From the NCBI GenBank assembly GCA_011364905.1, contig RDNZ01000067.1, positions 1-10,341 on the forward strand: DNA of 10,341 nt. The letters run 5' to 3'. Origin of the DNA: Candidatus Thorarchaeota archaeon (lineage in GTDB: Archaea > Asgardarchaeota > Thorarchaeia > Thorarchaeales > Thorarchaeaceae). Of the stretch, positions 6,582 through 10,341 are shown piece by piece. Every line of letters begins with the position of its first letter. Positions within the stretch are counted from its first letter, which is position 1. The notes beneath the pieces were generated by a model, which did not search any database, had not been told where the DNA came from, and saw only the letters and a list, made by a program, of their open reading frames with translations. Made by a program: the position numbers and the translations under genes.

Positions 6582-7424
6582 CTACCGAGGAGATGCGAAC
6601 TTGATCCTGAACGAGTCGATGGATTCACCTGAAACAATAGGATTGATGGTTCCCATATCATAATCATATGCGCTCATTATGTGAGGAACTTGTTCCGGTT
6701 CAAAGCCCATTATTCGTGCCATTGTCGAATCAACCGATACCGCTCCATGACCCATTATAAATGCGCCAAGTTGTCTTGTCTTGGGCCCGTTCCAGCCTTC
6801 AACACCAACTCTCGCATCAACAATACTAAGATTTGGTCTAATTATCCTTGCAAGGTCTACAATAACCTCATCTATCCTTGAATGATAAAACGCCTGATTC
6901 TTTCTAGGAAGGGTGCCAAAGAGATTCTTCAATACGCCTGTGAGGAAGGCGAGATAGTGTGTCTTGGGAATTGCTACTGAGATGAAATATCCTGCATTGA
7001 TTATAACCTCAGGTAGTTCTGGGTTCTCAAAGTAATCTCCCTGGAAACTCAATTTCATCAATGGAGTATTACTCAGATTGACTGTACCGACATCAAATCC
7101 AGAGTCCTCCATATCAGCACAGAGCTGAGTGTAACCAAACTTTTGGAAGGCTTCTTTTGCAAACTTACTCTCACTGTCCGACTCAACAATCCTGATTGAC
7201 AACCTCTTATCAGTTTCCAATAGGAGTTCAATCAGTGCCTCAACTGTTTCAACACGAGTGACTGAATATCCGGTCCCATCATTTATTGTGCAGATGTTTG
7301 GTTTGATGAGTACAGGAGATGCAAGCTCGCCAAATCCACCTATATGTACCAATCCCTGTTCAAGAGCCCGTTTGATATTGCCTCTATACTTCACAAGAGC
7401 AATAGAATTCATTGACACATCCAT
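6582..7424 (-). CDS. DUF362 domain protein
   Basis: VLIKPN, IVESD, PKTH, TGVLKNLFG, P-x-L-x-IVDA and V-x-VD motifs. No appended ferredoxin domain. Start likely at 7424 or 7412 rather than 7487. Confidence 0.85.
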   Translation of the reverse strand: MDVSMNSIALVKYRGNIKRALEQGLVHIGGFGELASPVLIKPNICTINDGTGYSVTRVETVEALIELLLETDKRLSIRIVESDSESKFAKEAFQKFGYTQLCADMEDSGFDVGTVNLSNTPLMKLSFQGDYFENPELPEVIINAGYFISVAIPKTHYLAFLTGVLKNLFGTLPRKNQAFYHSRIDEVIVDLARIIRPNLSIVDARVGVEGWNGPKTRQLGAFIMGHGAVSVDSTMARIMGFEPEQVPHIMSAYDYDMGTINPIVSGESIDSFRIKFASPR

Positions 7425-7526
7425 GAGTCTTCGTTCTTTCTCTCTCAATCTGGCTAAAAACTCTTCAGCAATGTTACAGAAGAACACGCAAGCCCCATCA
7501 ACGAGTGGCTTGAGGGTTAGTAAGAA

Positions 7527-8095
7527 TCAGTCGATTATCCTTACACCAATTTGCCTACCAAGATTGGTGGCTTCTTCCAATTTCTCCTGACATGTTGATA
7601 CATGGAAGTCCTCAGATCCCCTCTCATTCTTGGAACAGTACAAAAGAGAGCTGAACTTGAATCTAAAGTAGTCCTGAACTCGCTCAAAGAAACCAATAGT
7701 TGACTGGTAGTGGTGTCGATATGTCAGAATGGCCACAAACTCCTTGTTTAACCAGTACTTCTCAACATCCATTGCAAGCGCCTCCATCCTATCTAATACA
7801 GTCTTCATCTGTGCTGTCATATACCCCCAGTACATATTGGAGTCGCCCATACCACGATGTTGGCATCAGCGAAAACTGCGTGAATCTCTTGCATGTCATC
7901 ATCAATTGCACACCTGTGTCCCTCTGAAGTCGCGCATGATTCACAACCTTGACAAGATCTGATGTTCATATCATTCAGGATGAAGTCTAACACCTCGACC
8001 TCTCCTGCTTCTCTGACTCCTTTCACGAAGTAGTCGGCAAGCGTATCAGAGTTACCCCCTCTCCTCGGACTTCCATGAAGCACAATCATTCTCAT
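7527..8095 (-). pseudogene. Iron-sulfur flavoprotein / flavodoxin-like (NADPH-dependent FMN reductase family), frameshifted at about 7834-7837
   Basis: The 5' ORF has GSPRRGGNS, CX2CX2CX7C, DDM and IVVWATP. The 3' ORF continues MYWGYMTAQMKTVLDR. Removing 2 nt from CCA-ATATG-TAC restores TP(M/I)YW and one 188-aa ORF. Confidence 0.85.
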
Positions 8096-8169
8096 CCATT
8101 GTTCCCTAAAGTTTGACACTAAGTTTCAATAAAATAAGGTGTCCATCGGAGCATGAATTGTGCAAACTG

Positions 8170-8181
8170 TTCTATATAGAA
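8170..8181. promoter_or_regulatory. Perfect 12-bp palindrome TTCTATATAGAA with TATA core
   Basis: Lies in the divergent gap between the flavoprotein and amidohydrolase genes, about 40 nt before the TTG at 8222. Confidence 0.5.
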
Positions 8182-8221
8182 TGGCTTTTCAATACGTCCT
8201 ATCCCAGCTTCTTGGTGTACC

Positions 8222-9160
8222 TTGATAGAAGAGTGGAAATACAAAGGTCCTATCTTTGATGCGCACACACACATCGGAGAGATTGACACTACCGAAAAGA
8301 TGCTCAAGATTGAAGATGAGTTCGGTGTGACGGTGCAACTAGGGATTGTCCATTCAAAAGAAGGGTTTGAAGCTGCTAGGGAACGCTACCCCGAGCGGTT
8401 CGTGTTTGCAAAGTATCTATCACTCCGGGATATCGCACACTACAATGTCGAACCTGTCATCGAAGACATCGCCTGTACAAAGGAGGAGGGATACTCTCTC
8501 GCCAAGACCTGGTTTGGTCCTCGTTGGCGCGACTTCATTGAGGATGTTCCAGCTGGCTTCAGGATTGACAGTCCGAAACTGGAACCAGTCTTTCAGGCCT
8601 TGGAGGATCACGACCTCCCAATCATAATACATGTCGCAGATCCTGATACATACTTCAAGTTACACTACCAAGACACCGCCAAGTACGGAACAAAAGAGGA
8701 GAATCTTAACCAACTGGAGAACGTTCTCGAGCGTCACCCCAATGTGGTCTTTCAAATCCCACACTTTGGTGCACAGCCTGAGATACATAGGCTCCCGAAT
8801 CTTGCAGGATGGTTAGATAGATTTCCAAACATCATAATCGACACAGCCTCTTCGAGATGGATGGCTCGAGAACTGAGTAAGGATGTGAAGAAGGCTCGTG
8901 ATTTCTTGCTCAAGTATTCCAACAGGATTCTGTTCGGTACAGACCTCTCTGCTAATCGTGGTGGCACTGAGTATTTTAGTGGACGATATATTGCCCAGAG
9001 GTATCTGTGGGAAACTCATGTTCGAGATGAACCGCTACCTTTTGAAGACGCAGACACAAAGGACACTGGTGGGACGTTCATAAACGGACTTGATTTACCT
9101 CTCTCTGTTCTCAAGAAACTCTACTGGAAGAATGCCATTCGAATCTATGGTCGACCCTGA
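8222..9160 (+). CDS. Metal-dependent amidohydrolase (amidohydrolase_2 / LigI-like TIM barrel)
   Basis: DAHTH (HxH), LPIIIHVAD, HP...PHFG, IDTAS, RILFGTD and KKLYWKNA. TTG start with GGTG upstream. Substrate unknown. Confidence 0.9.
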   Translation: MIEEWKYKGPIFDAHTHIGEIDTTEKMLKIEDEFGVTVQLGIVHSKEGFEAARERYPERFVFAKYLSLRDIAHYNVEPVIEDIACTKEEGYSLAKTWFGPRWRDFIEDVPAGFRIDSPKLEPVFQALEDHDLPIIIHVADPDTYFKLHYQDTAKYGTKEENLNQLENVLERHPNVVFQIPHFGAQPEIHRLPNLAGWLDRFPNIIIDTASSRWMARELSKDVKKARDFLLKYSNRILFGTDLSANRGGTEYFSGRYIAQRYLWETHVRDEPLPFEDADTKDTGGTFINGLDLPLSVLKKLYWKNAIRIYGRP

Positions 9161-9217
9161 CAAAGGAAGGACCTTTATCTTCGTAGTTACATATTGAGTA
9201 TCTGTGAGGAGTGGGTA

Positions 9218-9706
9218 ATGGCTCTCGAATTGGATGAGTATCTACAAGCCACGTATAGCAGGTTTGACAAAGACGGTTTTGATCAGCATTCAGAAGTCGT
9301 TGAAGGAATTGATGTAACTGTAGCCGCTCAAAAGGAATTCAGATTGTCTTGGATGGCGACAAGGATGCATTACTTTGGCATCTATGGTGCGAAGGACCAT
9401 GTGTCTCTTCCCGACGCTGAGATGTTTTCGAAAGCCTGTTTTGAATGTGCAAAGAAGAACTATACAGGAATCAGAGGGGCAATGTCCGGATTCTCGTCGA
9501 TTTCTGCCTTGGCATCAACAAGTGTTGATTTACAAGCCAAGCAGTGGGTTGAAAAGTATCAAAAGAAGCATTTCTCATCCTTCGAAATACCTGTATTGAT
9601 TGATTTATCAACACGTGATACCTTGTTCTGTAAAAGCAAGCCTCTGTGGGGCAGAATATACTACGGCTCATTTCACGAGTTCATCTACAAGTACTATCGT
9701 GCGTAG
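9218..9706 (+). CDS. Hypothetical soluble alpha/beta protein (162 aa)
   Basis: Open frame filling the gap, with GGAGTGG upstream of the ATG at 9218. No function recognised. Confidence 0.75.
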   Translation: MALELDEYLQATYSRFDKDGFDQHSEVVEGIDVTVAAQKEFRLSWMATRMHYFGIYGAKDHVSLPDAEMFSKACFECAKKNYTGIRGAMSGFSSISALASTSVDLQAKQWVEKYQKKHFSSFEIPVLIDLSTRDTLFCKSKPLWGRIYYGSFHEFIYKYYRA

Positions 9707-9712
9707 AAAAAA
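9707..9712 (-). terminator. T6 tract directly after the tRNA fragment CCA
   Basis: Minus strand ...ACCA C TTTTTT CT. Oligo-T tracts are archaeal intrinsic terminators. Confidence 0.5.
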
Positions 9713-9713
9713 G

Positions 9714-9740
9714 TGGTGCGCTCGCCGGGATTCGAACCCG
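9714..9740 (-). other. Orphan tRNA 3' fragment (T-arm, acceptor 3' strand, ACCA), probably tRNA-Gly-derived; possible att site or tRNA remnant
   Basis: Minus strand CGGG-TTCGAAT-CCCGG-CGAGCGC-A-CCA. There is no D-arm or 5' acceptor strand upstream, where a CDS stop lies only 11 nt away. Confidence 0.85.
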
Positions 9741-9751
9741 ATTTGGAAGAC

Positions 9752-10341
9752 CTACTTAATCTCTGCACCTTGGTGACTCGCAATGATTCTTTGTCTTCTT
9801 CTGCGGACAACTGCCACACTACTAATCACAATCACAATAGCCGCAAGTGCACCTACAATCCAAGGTAAGAGTGTATCAATCAGTCCAGCCAAAAGTGGTG
9901 TTCCAAGACTGTTGCCTCTGGTCGTCCGATAGATGTAACCATTCCATCCAACCGCCCATCCAAATGTAACATTGATGAAATCTATCCTTAAAACACGGTT
10001 GTCATGTGGGAAAGACTGTGAAAACCAATCTTTGCCCCCATTGGGTGTGTAAGCAACCTCAGTTTCATCACCTACAATCCATCCGTTGTTTTCATCCAAG
10101 AACAGTATGTCAGTGAAGTAAGGTGGTCTCGCAGGCAATAGAGATGTACGAGGCAGCGGTTTTTCAATCCAAGTTTGACCGTTGGTCATATGTGCAAGCC
10201 AGTCATCAGCAATCGCCCAAGCCTCAGTGCTGCTCACGAAGGACATCGCCCAGCCGCCGCGATCTACCACTTTCTTCCATGTAGCACCATCATCTCCTGG
10301 ATGATATATTCCAACGAATCCTATAATCAACCCCTCAAGCG
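9752..10341 (-). CDS. Ycf48-like / BNR (Asp-box) beta-propeller protein with C-terminal membrane anchor; 5' truncated by the window edge
   Basis: Repeats DDGATW, TNGQTW, YTPNGGKDW, F-x-D-x-x-x-GWIVG and GWAVG. C-terminal TM helix WIVGALAAIVIVISSVAVV followed by RRRRQR. The frame is open to 10341. Confidence 0.85.
   Translation of the reverse strand, partial: LEGLIIGFVGIYHPGDDGATWKKVVDRGGWAMSFVSSTEAWAIADDWLAHMTNGQTWIEKPLPRTSLLPARPPYFTDILFLDENNGWIVGDETEVAYTPNGGKDWFSQSFPHDNRVLRIDFINVTFGWAVGWNGYIYRTTRGNSLGTPLLAGLIDTLLPWIVGALAAIVIVISSVAVVRRRRQRIIASHQGAEIK

Noticed and set aside
7489-7512. Inverted repeat CAAGCC...GGCTTG between the flavoprotein and DUF362 genes
   Set aside because: 6-bp stem with a 12-nt loop and no clear U-tract. 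Too weak to call a terminator.
2726-9740. Segment bracketed by tRNA-Gly and the tRNA fragment as an integrated element mobilised by TopIB (which is related to tyrosine recombinases)
   Set aside because: The two tRNA ends are inverted rather than direct repeats, their acceptor strands differ at 3 of 7 positions, the shared 16 nt is the generic T-arm, and the protein is a canonical topoisomerase, not an integrase.
10325-10341. Minus strand CGCTTG-AGGGGTT-GATT resembles a 5' acceptor strand complementary to the fragment plus a Gly-like D-loop, suggesting a tRNA with a giant intron
   Set aside because: It lacks U8-A9 and the D-stem, and it reads in frame as LEGLIIG, fitting the Ycf48 repeat. It is truncated by the window edge and is most likely coincidence.
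1-10341. CRISPR array, IS element/transposase, integrase, rRNA
   Set aside because: No regularly spaced repeats, terminal inverted repeats with target duplications, or matching protein motifs were seen by eye.

Overview
Archaeal genomic window, probably Asgard/Thorarchaeia-like (an inference from gene content and style, not a database result). The left part is a conserved translation/RNA-processing block: rnp4 (Rpp21), yhbY and rps19e on the minus strand, divergent from nep1. Then come a small membrane-protein gene that seems to lack a canonical start codon, an intact tRNA-Gly(TCC), and a eukaryote-type large DNA topoisomerase IB with a very long basic coiled-coil linker. The right part is accessory-type: thioredoxin-type arsC, a TPR protein, DUF362, an iron-sulfur flavoprotein gene broken by a 2-nt frameshift, an amidohydrolase, a hypothetical protein, and a membrane-anchored Ycf48/BNR-repeat protein running off the window. 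Notable signals: an orphan 27-nt tRNA 3' end (T-arm, acceptor strand, CCA, T-tract) at 9714-9740, resembling an att site or tRNA remnant; a structured 5' leader of rps19e with alternative pairings; a probable ACG start codon; and the TopIB linker and Ser-Tyr active site. No integrase, transposase or CRISPR array is visible.
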